From assembly GCA_905331295.1 (NCBI GenBank), contig CAJNYD010000578.1, positions 1 through 61,872 of the forward strand: a DNA stretch of 61,872 bases. The letters run 5' to 3'. The notes below the pieces were generated by a model. That model did not search any database, had not been told where the DNA came from, and saw only the letters and a list, made by a program, of their open reading frames with translations. Below, piece by piece: positions 1 to 14,000 of this stretch; position 1 is the first letter of the stretch; every line of letters starts with the position of its first letter. Source of the DNA: Rotaria socialis (lineage: Eukaryota). A program made the position numbers and the translations under genes.

Positions 1-1010
1 AAAAGCTTTGAATCACTTCGGCGGTTCCCTCGTTAGTTAAAATTAGCGTATGATCCTCTATTACATTCTATAAGAATATTGTTTAAAAAAAATAAAATCC
101 TGCGAAAAATTGTCCTAGGAGAGTAGGGGAGGCTCAACTAATGTAAATTGATCTGAAGAGACCTGGAGGGGAGTACGGGAATTTTTCTACAACAATTTTC
201 TTTTTTTTTCAAAGAATACTTTTAAGGAAGGAAACAGAGGATCATATGCTGATTTTAACGAAGTAGAATTTATCTTATGTAATACAACTCTTCGAGCAAT
301 TTCTAAGCTAACGTGGGTACAGTTCCTATAGGAAAGGGACCATTTTTTGGTATATTTTGATAAGTCTCCTAGGACCATTTTTGAGATGTCACGCTATTTT
401 TTTCGCAGGGTTGTAACCTAGTAAGAGTACTTCTAGGTTCTATATATCAGCCTCCAAGAAGATCCATTTCTTGGGAGATAGCTTTTTCTGAAAACTCCCG
501 TGATTGTCAAAAACCCATTTTTTCAGAGGACTGTTCTGATCAAACGCAATAATGCAGACAGCTGAAATTTTTAGGAGCGGTACACCTTTCAGTGCTCTTT
601 CCATAGTGAATCTTTCAAATCAATATATATTTCCAAACAAAAGGTTTGAATTACGCAAGTTACCAAAAATGTTTCTTTTTTCATATATTGCGTAATTCAG
701 AAAATCCCAACAATTCAATATTTTGAAACAAAATTATTTTGGTAAATAGGAGTCACCGAAATATATGTCTCTGAAACATTTCAGCTCAATTAATTGAGTT
801 GTTCTTGAGATAGGACTCCAATAGGACCCCATGTCTGGATATGGTGAATGTTAGGGCCTTTCGTACAATCCTCATAAAAAATCAAGTGATTAATATTTTT
901 AAAAAACGGTGTGCGTCAAAATTCTTAGAATTCTTCCCTTTACAACATATCTTTAATTGAGCGAAATATGACAACCTCGATTGAACCGCTTCTGTGTGAA
1001 TCCGCCGTGG
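1..1010. mobile_element. Possible degraded non-autonomous DNA-transposon material
   Basis: Shares ggggaggctca with the 52582 hAT element and gggg(g)agtac.gg.attt with the 24.9-kb element. Weak inverted similarity between 11-32 and about 977-1001; no coding potential. Confidence 0.3.
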
Positions 1011-1267
1011 ATTATGTAGACTGGCTCATAAATAGCAGTGATCGAAGAAAAAATTGTGCTAGAACGATAAAATGAGTTCGATCGTATAACAATAATTTGT
1101 AGACTGATATCATTGTTTCACTTAATTTTAGTGTTGTCAAATAAAAATACTGATTGTCGAATTCACTCTAGATTAATCAAAGGAACATTCAGTGGTTCTT
1201 GGTTCCCATTCGAACTGATGTTCAGTGATTGAGTCGCGACTGGAGGGTGCATCCCTATTCCCATGGA

Positions 1268-1346
1268 AGCGGTGGCAATCACTGAAATCAAATGAAATCA
1301 AATGAAATCACATTTTGATTTTGGAAATCAGAAATCACGAAATCAG
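1268..1346. repeat. GAAATCA short-repeat cluster, possibly a transposon-end remnant
   Basis: agcggtggcaatcactgaaatcaaatgaaatcaaatgaaatca...gaaatcagaaatcacgaaatcag; no matching opposite end found. Confidence 0.5.
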
Positions 1347-1475
1347 CTTTTTCCCCCTTGATGAAAAGTAAACACTTCTCTGATGGCCTATTCAACTCTT
1401 TCTTTCGTTACAGCTAAAAATTTCGTTTTTTTTCGTTCTGGTAATGAAAAAATTATTCACATTTTTCTCATGATC

Positions 1476-1500
1476 GAAGAAGAAGAAGAAGAAGAAGAAG
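1476..1500. repeat. (GAA)n microsatellite
   Basis: Run of gaa units. Confidence 0.9.
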
Positions 1501-2246
1501 CAAAACGAGAATAATGAAGACAAATAGAACAAAAGAAATTCAGTCACTTCAATAGTTTCAATATTTTACTATTCTTCTTCCTTAATGAAGCGAGAAAAGA
1601 AAATCATAGGCATAGCAAACGACTAACTTAAGGTGACATACCGCGTAAGCGTTTATAAGTCTTGTGAAATGCCCTTTGCCTTACGTCTCATACCCACATG
1701 AGCCTTCTACTTTGTTAACTGTAGCGCAGATTAAAAATCTTGAGATCTGTGTTGGAAGGAGAGCCAGGTGGGGTTTTCCGTGGGAAAAAAATTGTCATCA
1801 TGAATGAGAATAAAGTCCAAGAAGGGTGCGAGTCGAGCAAACTACAACGCGCTTCGACCTTGCTTAGTTTTATTATGAACAAAAACAGAAAAAGTATTAG
1901 CAGTTATCGGTAACTATGCAACTATGACAACTGAAACTTTCTTTTTTTGAAAAGCTATTTCCACTGGTTGGTTTTGCTGTTTTTTCGGAATTTGAATTTC
2001 GCTCTTGATGATTTTGATGTGTCGTTTTTTAATTTGGATCAGCAACTGAGATAGATGAATATACCATGTTGTTTGGTACTGCTCACTATATTTTATATGG
2101 TCATTGCGCATTCGTGAAGTGTGAATAATTGCGTAATTGGCATACTCAGAGTTTGCATTTAAGAAGGTGAATTATAGTCTGCTTCTTTGGTCTCAAATCT
2201 TTCAATAAAGATGATTGTTTTGTTTGATTTAATATTGTAAGGGGTG

Positions 2247-2897
2247 CCCTAGTGAAACATCTTGTAAGCAAGATCTGGAAATGTTGGGATCGGTAAGTAA
2301 GATCTTATGAAGATCTTAAAAAGATAAATCGTATGTACATATCTTGGTTGTATCAGATAAATCTGTACCTAAGATCTTGGCAAGATCATGGAAAAGATAT
2401 CGTTTTACCATTATCTTCTCACAAGATCTTGAGTAAAACAGAAAGCGACATCATTAGTGTATTTACATAGGCTATCTAGTCATTCACCGTCTTTTTTTAT
2501 ACATACAGAGCTGAATATAAGCAACACGATTGAACATACGAAACATAATTTTTCAAAATAATTTTTTTTCTAAACGATTTCTCGATTATTGATTATTCAA
2601 GAGAATGCTGATCTCGATCGATGATCGAGAGAGGATCATCCTAAATTGATCTGACCGGTATCAGATCAACTTAAAGCCAGTCAGATCCCAACATCTGACT
2701 TGCTTGAGTTATTCGGAACAGGAATAATTACAATAAAAATAAATTGAAAAAATATCCAAACATATTTTCAGAATGCGTCATCCAAAATCTTGGTACAAGA
2801 TAATCGTATTATCTTGTACCTAAATTTTCAAGATCTGTTCACTTATCTGTACCCAAGATCTTGGCCAAGATCTTACTTACAAGATGTTCGACTAGGG
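2247..2897. mobile_element. MITE-like element with about 30-bp TIRs and internal AAGATCTT repeats
   Basis: Left end ccctagtgaaacatcttgtaagcaagatct versus the reverse complement of the right end, ccctagtcgaacatcttgtaagtaagatct. Many agatct/aagatctt motifs inside; no clear TSD. Confidence 0.85.
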
Positions 2898-3412
2898 GTT
2901 TATGTGGATATGTGACTTATACACATTCACACACCCACACCTTTATTTAACATTTAACACTTAATATTAAATTCTCGTAAGGTGCTACCCCTAATTAAAA
3001 TGCCCTGACAGAATATTTATTGGCTGTCTCAGATTTCTTTCAATTTAGCAGCATCAACGTAAATGCTGAAATTTAAAGATGATATTCTCGTAGAAGATGA
3101 TCTGAATTATGAATTGTGATGAAACGTATATACGATTTTCAAAATAAACAACACAACTCATGAAAGATTGCATTCTATAATGATTCATATAAGTTCACAG
3201 AATCTCGACTATTGTGCTGCTTCTAAAGTTAATGGCAGTTTTTGTCAGAATGATATAAAAGATATTGAAAATTATACAGCTTAGTACAACTTTGACTCTC
3301 TGAAAATCAGTATGAAAATAAGAATCTATTGCAGCTTTGTCAAAACTTCGTAGAGTAAAGTAAGCAAGAGAAATGTATCCTAATCATGTTGCATAATGAC
3401 CGATACTTTTAG

Positions 3413-3959
3413 CTTCGACAACAACAACAATAACAGCAACAAACAGTGAGCATTAAATATTAGTATCTAGTATTGATTGATACAATTATAATTTTATTTT
3501 ACTGCGTATAGTACCATTATGTACAAGTTCAAGTATAATAGAAGCCGTATTTACCTTTACTTCCAGCGCTGACCCAACAACTTACACACTTTATACATAT
3601 GGTTTCACTGCTACCGGTTCTTCAGTAACTCTGTCATTTTGTCATGACAGGCAATAGCGGACCTGCTCATAATTATTGTAAATATACTTGTTAATGGTGA
3701 ATTTTCGACGGGTAACTTCGCCGGTTGGACACAATATTATGCTACAGATGCTAACTGTTGTAGGTCTAGCACTAATTATGGCCAACTAACGATGAGTTCT
3801 TGTCAAACAGGATCGCACTACTACGTAGATAAATGTAGCAATTACGATTATCTGATTCAATCGTTTTCAACGATCATTGGGCATTATTATATAATATCAT
3901 TTTATTTCAAAGTTTATGCCAGTGGAGGTCCACATTTAGCATACGTTATGTTGTCGTAG
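3413..3959 (+). pseudogene. Degraded gene for a Thr-rich, beta-sandwich (galactose-binding/CBM-like) extracellular protein
   Basis: Exon-like pieces STTTTITATN | PLCTSSS...TTYTLYTYGFTATGSSVTLSF (frameshift) MTGNSGPAHNY (frameshift) NILVNGEFSTGNFAGWTQYYATDANC...SSCQTGSHYYVDKCSNYDYLIQSFSTIIGHYYIISFYFKVYASGGPHLAYVMLS*. NG.F..G...GW followed by QSF.T..G..Y.ISF is typical of CBM-like domains. Confidence 0.6.
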
Positions 3960-5087
3960 CTGAAAATGCTTTTATCAATAAAGCATACAGTCGTATGAAC
4001 AAATAAATAGACATAATATAACGTTTTTGTGTGAACTAATCATCGCTGCTATTCACGATTAAGCTTTTTAATAAAAACGCTATCATGACTGAAATTATTA
4101 GAACCCATTTTTGTTATTTATTATTCAACTGGCCTGTAGTAATTAAGTTCTTAACGCTCTTGACTCTGTCAATGTAGGATAAACAATATAATTATCCTCG
4201 TTTGAATAAGATCTGAGTATCGTAGTCGTGAAAGTGAGCAGAACAAGAGCTATTGTTTCTATTATTTTATTCTAGTCAATGAATTCATCAACTGGTTGAA
4301 ATCTTATTTTGTATGTGCCAGAGATGTCCCTCGCAACTTTAATGGTATTTAAGGAAATGTTGTGGTTTTCAAGGCTGTGATTAGTTTAAAATAGAGTTGC
4401 TGTTGTTGCTGATCGATCAGATTCGTAAAGTCTTACAGTACAGCATATGCAGGAGCGACGCGAAGAACTATTAGCAGGCGAGACTATTTTTGAAAACGGG
4501 AAAAAAGAAAAACTTTCTTAATTTTTTCCAATTGAAAGAAGTTAAAATGCTACTACTAAGCAATAAAATGAATCTCATGTATTAAATCGTAATTTCTTAT
4601 ATTTTTCTTTAGTGTCAAAACTATTATGAATATTGTTTCACTGAGAGGTAGCAGCCGCCACTAATATCCGAACAAGTGTGATCGAATATTTTCCAGTTAT
4701 TTCTCAACAGCCGAATTCATGAACATAAGAATTGATTCATCGTCAAAAAATAAGTGTTGAAAAGAGCATAGCTTGTGTGCACACCCACACCCACCCCGCT
4801 AAAGAATAGAATTAAATCAGTTTAACATTTATTCATTCAAAAACTATTTTATACTTGTTTTTACAAAGAAGAAAAAAATCATGCGCATGCAAGACGAAAA
4901 AATTAAATGGTATATTGAAACTATGGGAGAGAGAATAATAAAGAACAAAAGATTGACGCCATGGTATAATTAAGAAGAAAACTTTTAAAATCTAGCAAAA
5001 AGTTTTTGATAAAGACAAAAAAATCTAATTGACATTGAAGAAAATGAATATGTTCCTCGTTGTTCGATACCAAAAACAATATTTTCA

Positions 5088-8000
5088 TCATTGGTACAGA
5101 CGCTAAAAATAAAAGAAAATGAATGATTGTATGTTTATTTTTCTTTCTTACCTGAAAGTTATTGTTCGATGATCTCATTTGTGAAAGATTTAACTCATTT
5201 CTTGCTAATAATTTTTCTAATTGATCAAGATGAAGTTTTACGATACGTTTAATAGAATTTAAACGGTCAAATATTAATTTCATATCATTTATTTGACGCA
5301 TTTGATCACTTGATACAATTGATAATGAATTTTTATTTATATTAATTAAACGTTCATTAAGAATTTCAAGATCATTATGAATACGAATGAAGTGATGTAG
5401 TTTTGTACGATTTATATTTTGATTCATTTCATTATTATCAATGGGTTCTAAGGAATGTGCTAAAGTTTCAAGATGATCTACTTGTGAATTTATTTCTAAT
5501 AGTTCATTTTTTGTATCTGAATTTATCTATTGCAAAATAAGAATGCATAGATAATTGAGAAAAACAAGATTTATAGAATGAAATACTTTTGATTCTCGAG
5601 TTGGACTGCTTGATCGGGTGTGTGAATATTGAAATTTATCTTTAATTAATTGAAGACGATGTTCAAAAAGTATCCATATATTTGAATTATCATTGAATTC
5701 ATGGGATAATTCGATTGTGGATCGTAACAGTACTTCGATTTCGTCTTAAACAAAAATTAACTTTTATTGTAAATTAGTCATAGTCTCTCTAGTATTTTTA
5801 CCTAATCGTTCTTTCACATCAGCTTTTGAATGCATTGATCTTGATACTAAATAATAATCAAAAAATGCTGTTTATTAACATTCTCTGACGAAGCGCTAGA
5901 GAATTTGGGACGAGTGAGTTTAGTTTTCTACTCTATGCATTTCAAAGGGAACTCGAAAGGTGTGAACTTAAGGTTGAGTTAGTTCGGGGGTAGCTCTTTT
6001 CTCTACCCATGAGAATATCCACATTAATGAGCGATTGTTTCCTCACACATTGTGTTTCATATTAAAATTGTTTTTAGTACTAACATGAGTGTTCTGAGCT
6101 TGTAAATTGTTCCGACAATAGTTCAAGATTTTCTAATTGTCGTTTGAACAGTTTCCACCGTTGCCGATTTTGATTTAATTGATCATCTTTTTCGTTAGTT
6201 AAGCTTTGTATATGACTCCATTTATTCATAATATCTATTGAAATATAAAGGATTGAGTCATGGAAATTAATTTCTCAACCAAATCTTACCGACAACCATT
6301 GGATCGTTATTAAAGTCTTGAATAACATATGCACCTAATTCTTGTTTTATTTGATGAATGAATTGATTTAGTGTATCGATTTTTCGTCGAATAGATGTTA
6401 AAATTCGATTCTAAATAATCAGATTCTTCTTGATTAATTATTTAAATTAAAGATTCTTACGTAAGTAAAATCGGTTGGTAGATTTTCAATTTGAACACCA
6501 GTTGGTGTTGGAGTATGAAGATTTTCTTCTTTCGAATGGAAATCTGCATTGATTTGAAGAAGAATATCTTCGAAATCAGCCAATAGTTTATCTGCATGTT
6601 GACGATTATCGCCTAAGTCGATTTTATCCATTGGACGAATAAAACGATCTCGTGAACGAAGATAACGATTTGGTGATCGTGATCCTTTGATTTCAAAATT
6701 TGAATTTTAAAAGAGTCGCGAAGAGTTTTTCTACATACTTGGTGGTGACGGCGAAGCTACACGTTTACGAGTAGGTGATGAAGCAAATCGAAGAGGAGAG
6801 GAACGTGCAGAGCTTGTGTAATCCACATTATGCTGAAAATAGAAAGTACATCATATATTTTAGTTATGCTATAAACACACTATAGCAAGCCGAAGACGGA
6901 CAATCATTGCCATTAAAGGCCTTTTAGTGGACATAAAATGATGATGATGATATTTTACAGTGCCTTCTTGAAAAACTATTTTTTTCAAATTTCCTAATGA
7001 AAACCGATCCTCCTCTTGTAGCATGTAAAATAAAGAAGAGACTCATGTTCTTACATCAGTTACATTCATTAAATTTTTTTTTAATTTTATGATGCGTTTT
7101 GTTAAAGCTCTTAATTGTTGACAAAATTTCGTTAGCTGATTCATATTGATAGTTAAACCTCGAGCGTCAACAGTTTTACTAAGTAAATAATTAGCACATG
7201 TTTGTACATATTCAATTTTAGTTTGTTTTTCGTGAATTTCACGATCCATATCCTGTAAGAAAAACAAAAACCGGTTTTATATTTTCTAGATTAAAATTTT
7301 CTTTCTTACATCTAATTGTCGAATTTTTTCATTGGTCGATGCTTCAGATAAATGTTCAAGATTAGTTAAAAGTACATCGAGATCAGTTAACCAAAGAACT
7401 AATGAATCGTGTGTTAATTGAAAATCACCGTGTACACTTAGCATATATTTCAGCTAAAAGAAACAAAAATTCTAGTTAATAAAAATAGAAATTTATTATA
7501 AATACATTTTTTATTGTTTCACTAAATGTTCCATTTAAGATTTCCCAACGATTATTAAGATCTTTTATTCTTATACGCATATCATCACTCGAATCCGATA
7601 TTGAATATCGATGAAGAATATCAGAATAATTCTTGTTTATTTGTTGGATTTGTTTATCGTCATCAACTAATGTTTTTTTAACACTCTGAAAAATAAAATT
7701 AAAACTAAAGACATACAAAACGAATAATAGGAAATCAAACCTCAAGACTTTTGTATTCATTTCGAATACCTTGTAAACCTTCGCCACTTGTTCGTTTAAC
7801 TTCGGCTAGAAAACGTTCATGATCACTTATCATTTTTGATGCACGACTTATAGATTCATCAAGATTTCTCCATGTAACATGAATACTATCAGATCTAAAT
7901 AGAAATATTAACGATTGGCCTAGAATTAGATTGGAAATCCTCTTCAAATTTCATATCTTGTTGGTATTACAGGAAAAGTAAAATGAATGCAAAACTTCTT

Positions 8001-11000
8001 TTCCGTCCGTTAGAAACACTTACTCTGATTTTCGTTTCATTATTAATTCTTTTAATAATCCCCAACGTTGTTCTAATGTTTTAACTGTACGCGATAGTGA
8101 TTCGAGACTTCGCGGAGACATTTCAGTTTCACTTAATAAATTATGACCGAGAGCAAGAAGACTATTCAAAGTGGTACTGTGACTTTCGATATCCATCTCA
8201 ATTGCCTAAAATTTAAAATAAATCATTTTTTAGCATTTCAATAAAAAAGCACTGTCGTCTTTTACAGAAATGGGTTGTTGATGAGCATGAAAATCATTTG
8301 AACTTTGTATTGCTGACGCTCGTTGTAAATTAATTTCGATTGTATCCATCCATGAACAAAGATTTTCGAAGCCTTGTTCAAAATCATGAAACATTTTAGA
8401 AGTATTTTCCGCTTTTTTAATTCTATTCGATGCGAAAACAAATAGGAAATGATTTTCAATCGAAAGAAAAATCAAACCTTTTCCCAATCTGTTGTTCTAC
8501 TGTTTCAATCATTTGTTCTAATTGTTCAACCTTTTGTCTGAGGATTTGTAATTGTGCTGGATCATGTGTTTGTGATTGTAAAAGACGTCCTTGAATTAAT
8601 AATTCATTAGCATATTTTCGTCGCTCTGTTACGATATTTTTTATTTCATTTTTCAAGATTTCAAGTGTTGATTCAATGGTTAAACCATCCAGCCGTTGGC
8701 TAATTTCATTATTAAGAAAATGTTCATACCATTGAACAAATCGAAGAAATTTATTTTCAAAATCTTGATACTCTGTTCGTCGTTTTGCAAGAGTATCAAT
8801 TAACGTTGCTAAGCTACGTTCGGCATCGGTCCATTGAATTTCAAGTAAACTAAATAATAAACCAATGGAAATACGAACTCCGGAAGGTGAAGGGATGGCA
8901 TAGATCTTATTTGAGAAAATGAGTTGGAAGTCGATTGTTCGATTGATTTTTTTAAAGCTCAATAAAATGCCACTGTCTTCATTTTCTACTGCTATTTAAT
9001 CTGCTCGAGTCATAATAATCAACTATTTTATCAACCGAAACGACTAACATCGATATATATATATTGAATGCATAATCTTCCGATACTTTTAAGTTCGAAC
9101 GAGAATGTAGCCCTAGTCCTTCGTAGCACAAGATAAATGTTATGCGTTTGAGTAAAGGATATTTTCAAAAAAAAACCCTAAGCTCGACGAGATAAAGACT
9201 TACTTTAGTTTTTGTATCAATTGACGTGAATCTTCCGGATGCAGTTCAGGAGATATCTTTTAAAACAATTTTTTTTTCTAATAAATACAAATCGATTATT
9301 AAACATTAATTTACTTCTGTAATGGCTTGTCGTGCTCGTTGTAATTCAGTTCTATGTTGTGTAAGTTCACGATTTTTATTCTGAATAAAATTTATTTAAT
9401 AGTTATTTTGTTTTCAATAATAAAACTTCAAGTTACTTGGCATTGAATAAGAAACTGATCAAAATCTTCTGTTGATTGCTGTTGAAGTGAACGTATAGAT
9501 TTTACTATAGTACTTAATTCATCCAATATTCGATCAAGTTCATTGTATCGAAGAAGTAACTAAACATATGAACAAAATTAGATTGTCGCCCCTCTTAGAA
9601 CGGTAACTCCTTCGATTCTACAAATAAGAGTCAAATAAGCAAATCAGCAAGAGAAAGAGTCATGCATTTAGAAGAGGGGGAGAGGCGTAAAATCAATAAT
9701 CATGCGTCAATCTGCATGTGTAATTAATAAAATATATTGCATGTATAAACTAAAATAAATAATTGTAAATAATTTTGTGTTGGCATTGCATTTTTCTTCT
9801 ATCCATGCAACATTCTTTTTTTCTACTACAGATTACCGTCTCTTTGCGAGGAGTTTTTCGATTCTATAAAAAGAGAATTATTGAGTTAGATTTTATTTAC
9901 TGAATAATCCGATCAGAACTGAGAGTATCGATGGAGATGGTTCTGTACATCACTAATCAAGAGTTATAATCATTTTAATACGAAAAATTGAACAGCGACC
10001 GATATCGAATTGGCGGAAAAGGCAGAAAAGAAAAAAGTCGAATGAAAAATGTCGAAATGAAAAAGTATAATTAATAAAAGTGTCGAAGAAAAACTGGTGG
10101 AGGAAAAGTAGAAAAATTTTGAAAAGGAAAACGTAGAATGAAAAAGATGTTTATAGATAACGAAATTTGTTTTTTGAGTTGCTATCGGGATAAGTTAAAT
10201 TCGCTGTCCTTCTCGTCTATAATCTATACTTGTTCATTGTTAGCGTATACCATATATATAAATCAGTCTGTCGAAAACGACTAACAAATAATTTTCTCTT
10301 CGGTCGTTGGTAATGGACAGTGAAATATCATTCTTAACGACTAATAAAGGTAAACTCTATCAGATCAGTAGCAAATTGTCGACTCTAACAATAAATGACC
10401 ATTGAATTTCAACTGGCAGGACTTCATTTCATATTATCGAAGCACTCATTCAGCGATCGATGATGATCCATTTATGTATCGATCGCTAGTCACTTTCGAA
10501 AGTATGTTATTAAATTAACTAAATCTCAAAAAGGAAAAATACATGGTAATGCATTTATTTGATTTGATAAGACTTTTGTAGAAATCCTACTATCCAATTT
10601 CATATTTTAAACTTCAATAAAAAAATCTTACCGTATAAAGTGTTTCCCGTTTTTGTTTAATAGTCGAATCCACTTGATGAATCGATTTTTGTAAATCATT
10701 TAATTCTTTTTCTAAAATAACCTGTGCTTTCGCATCTGAATTTCTAATTAAAGTTCTATTGATATCATAGATTTTTTCCAATAAACTTCTTAATTCATCA
10801 TTATCCACATTTGTTTTCAAGGAGCCTTGTTTCATTTGATTAATTATATTAATAGTTGCCGCTTGTAATTCTTTCTGTTCAGCGTCGCATTTATCTTTCA
10901 ATAAACGATGATAACCTAAACAAAACAAAAAAGTTAAAGGCAAATTTTCTTAACAAAAAAAACAATCCATACTTTCTATATAATTTTGATATGCTAACCA

Positions 11001-14000
11001 AAGTTTAATTAATTCTTTAATTTCTTTTTGTTTATTCAACATAGTATTCATAATATTTTTCCAACGTTGCTCAAGTTTGATAAAAATATGTTTATTTTCG
11101 ATCACATCTTTTCCTTCGTTGATTAAATTGACTAATTCTTGTTGTCGTTGACTAAAATCATCAATTGTAGTTGATAAATTTTTATCGATTTCAACTAGAC
11201 CATGATAATTTGTGTGAATATTTTCTTGTACAACAGATAGATTTTGTTCAATAGCTTGAATGTAAGCATTCCATTTTTGACAGCGTTTTTCAAAATTTAG
11301 TTTGTTATATTCGTTTAATTCAATTTGTTTCAAACGTTTTTTAACTGAATCAATACAATTGGAATATTCAATGAGAAGTTCTTGAAAATTTTTCTTTCGC
11401 TTTATATATAAATTAAATTCATTGGAATTTAGACGTTCGATAAGAATACGTTTTGATTCTAGAAGAGTATCCAGTTCTTGAACTTGTTTTAAATTGACTG
11501 TTTCATATTCATCAGTTAATTTTTGCGTTTTAAGTGTTGTTTGAACTTGATGAATTATCTGATTAAGTTCATGAAAATAATCTAAGTAGACTTTTTCATG
11601 ATATTTTAATTCATTGCAATCAATTAGAAGTTTCTTTTGAAGATTTTCTAATTCTGCATGTTGATTTTTGATAACAGAATATTGAGTGTCGATCTTTTTG
11701 GCGGCTATGGGTGGTAAAGGATGAGTTAATTTTTTTGTATACTCATGGAGTTTTAACACTTCGAGATCAAGTTGTTCGAGACGTTGTTGAAAGTCCTTAA
11801 TATAGAGACAAACGATTAAATGTCTAAGTTTGAGGGTAAATAATTACTTTAGCTTTTTCAAAAAGCGAATCGATATCGGCGGTGAATTTTTCTTGTTGAA
11901 TTGTATACCATCGTCCTTCGAGTTCTCCAAGTCGATCAAGTAAATGAACATACAAAGTATTGAATTGTCTCCAATTATCGACAACTTCTCGCGATGGTTT
12001 TATTATTTCGTGTAGACGATGTTGAACTTTTATCCAACGTTGTTCAATACGAGCAGTTATTTCGTTGATTTTCGATGATGTTTGCCCATCGCACTGGCCG
12101 GATAAATGACGATCATGAACTATAATTTGATCGAAATCATGTCGATGTGATTCCATAGATTGTAAATATTCCTAAGAAAAATCAATTTTTTTAACGATTT
12201 CAATAATCTTAAAAAATATTCATCATTTTCTTCACATATGAAATTTTCTGAGAGTCTTTTGGTAAAGAAGTCGACTCTATTGTGGACCAACTCATAATAT
12301 TTATTAAAACAAGTTTTACTATTTCAAGGAAAATGAATGATCTATCTTCTTCCCTGATTAGCAGTATAGAATCAATATAGTTCGTCTAGGTTTAGAGAAC
12401 AAAACAAACGATGCAATACTTGTGCTTTTCTTGTACTCATTTCATATGTTTCGACATTCATTGCACTAATTTCAATCCGATCGATTTCAACTTCAGCTTC
12501 CAGTAGAATCTTATCCATTTGAAGTAAAACACGATTGTATTCTTGCCAATCGGTTAAAATTGATTTTGATTTTAATTTCAACTGTTCAATCGATGGGAAT
12601 AATTGATCGAGCATATGACGTAGATTTTGCAGTGTACCATCTTGATCAATGATGCGAAATGTTGATGCATTTGATATCATTCGACCACTGAACGATTTTA
12701 AAGATGTGAGAACTTGTTGTTTTGATGCTAATTGAAATTCAATTTCCTGTTGAAATTAAAATCAGAAAAAAAAACAATGAAAGGGATTAGAAACAGAAAA
12801 TTATTTACATTGCATCGCCGAATATTATCTTTAACACCGGCTTCCAAACTTCTCGCACGCATAAATTCAAGGTCAGATGTTTGTTCTTGAACCCAATCAG
12901 ATAGTGTACGTACAGTTTGGTCGAATTCATTAAATTGTTCATTTAGCTGTTCTAATGTCTATTTCAATGTTGAAGAAAAAAAGAAGAATAATACGAAAAT
13001 TCCCTCAATTATATTTATATTTACTTCAATTCGAGCTGAAATTAATGATTTTATTCTAATCCAATCAATATTTAGTTTTTTAATATTTTCCATATGATCA
13101 ATACTTGTTAAATCTACATTTGCTTCTTGTTGTAGTGATTCATTAAGAAAATCAATTGTTCTTTGATGATTGAGAACATCAACGCGCATGTCCTATTTAA
13201 CAAGAAAATAATGTCCGAATGAGTAATCTTAGACTTACAGAGGACTGTTTTCAATTAGGAAATCGCATCTGAATAGGCTGAGAACTAGAGAACTCCGGGT
13301 CTTAGTTTGAATACTTTTTACGAACCCTCGCCTTTCTACTGGAAATTAAAATTTTTGCTCAGAGCCACGTTTAAATATGAACAGAATGAAAAATATGCGT
13401 ATTTAATTATTTTTTGTATGGAAAGTCAATTTTTGTGTTAAGATTGACCGATTTCTCTATCGATAACTAGATTTGATTGCTGTCTAAGCCCTCAGTTGTA
13501 CTAACTTTGCGCGAGCTCTGAATATATATATTACGGCTAAGATGCAGATAAGTACTATGATGTTTTTTTTATTTACTCGATATCTTTTGATTAGTTTTTG
13601 TAAAGTTTCTTTATTATTAATTGGTGCGCCATGATCATCGTCTAATAAACGTTTGATTGTATCGATGAAGACAGACATTTCCTTGGAAGCTTGTCTCGAT
13701 GGTAAACGACTTGTTATATTTTGATGAAGAATATTTTCATTTCGTAAAATATCTGCCTAGAGAATCGAACAAAACATTAACTCGAATAGAATTTACAAAA
13801 ATTTTATTGTTACTTTAAGAGAAGTCCATTTATGATGAAAACTTTCCAGATTACTTTCTATGGATTGTAACTCATAAAGATTAAAAGTTTTTAAACGTTT
13901 TATAAATGTTGCCGTATTCGAATAAACATCGGCAATATTTTCAAGACGTTTTTCGACATCCTAAAATTTGATTTTAAAATATGAACAAAAACAAAACACA

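Noticed and set aside
2247..2897. CRISPR-like array suggested by recurring AAGATCTT units
   Set aside because: Units are short and irregularly spaced inside TIRs; the context is eukaryotic and there are no cas genes.
3914..4039. Minus-strand frame ending ...LYYVYLFVHTTVCFIDKSIFSYDNITYAKCGPPLA*, superficially KASH-like and about 1 kb past the nesprin stop
   Set aside because: The hydrophobic stretch is too short for a TM helix, the Cys/Tyr spacing and PPP end do not match KASH, and its 3' part is antisense to the CBM-like pseudogene, which explains the sequence. Only cDNA evidence would rescue it.
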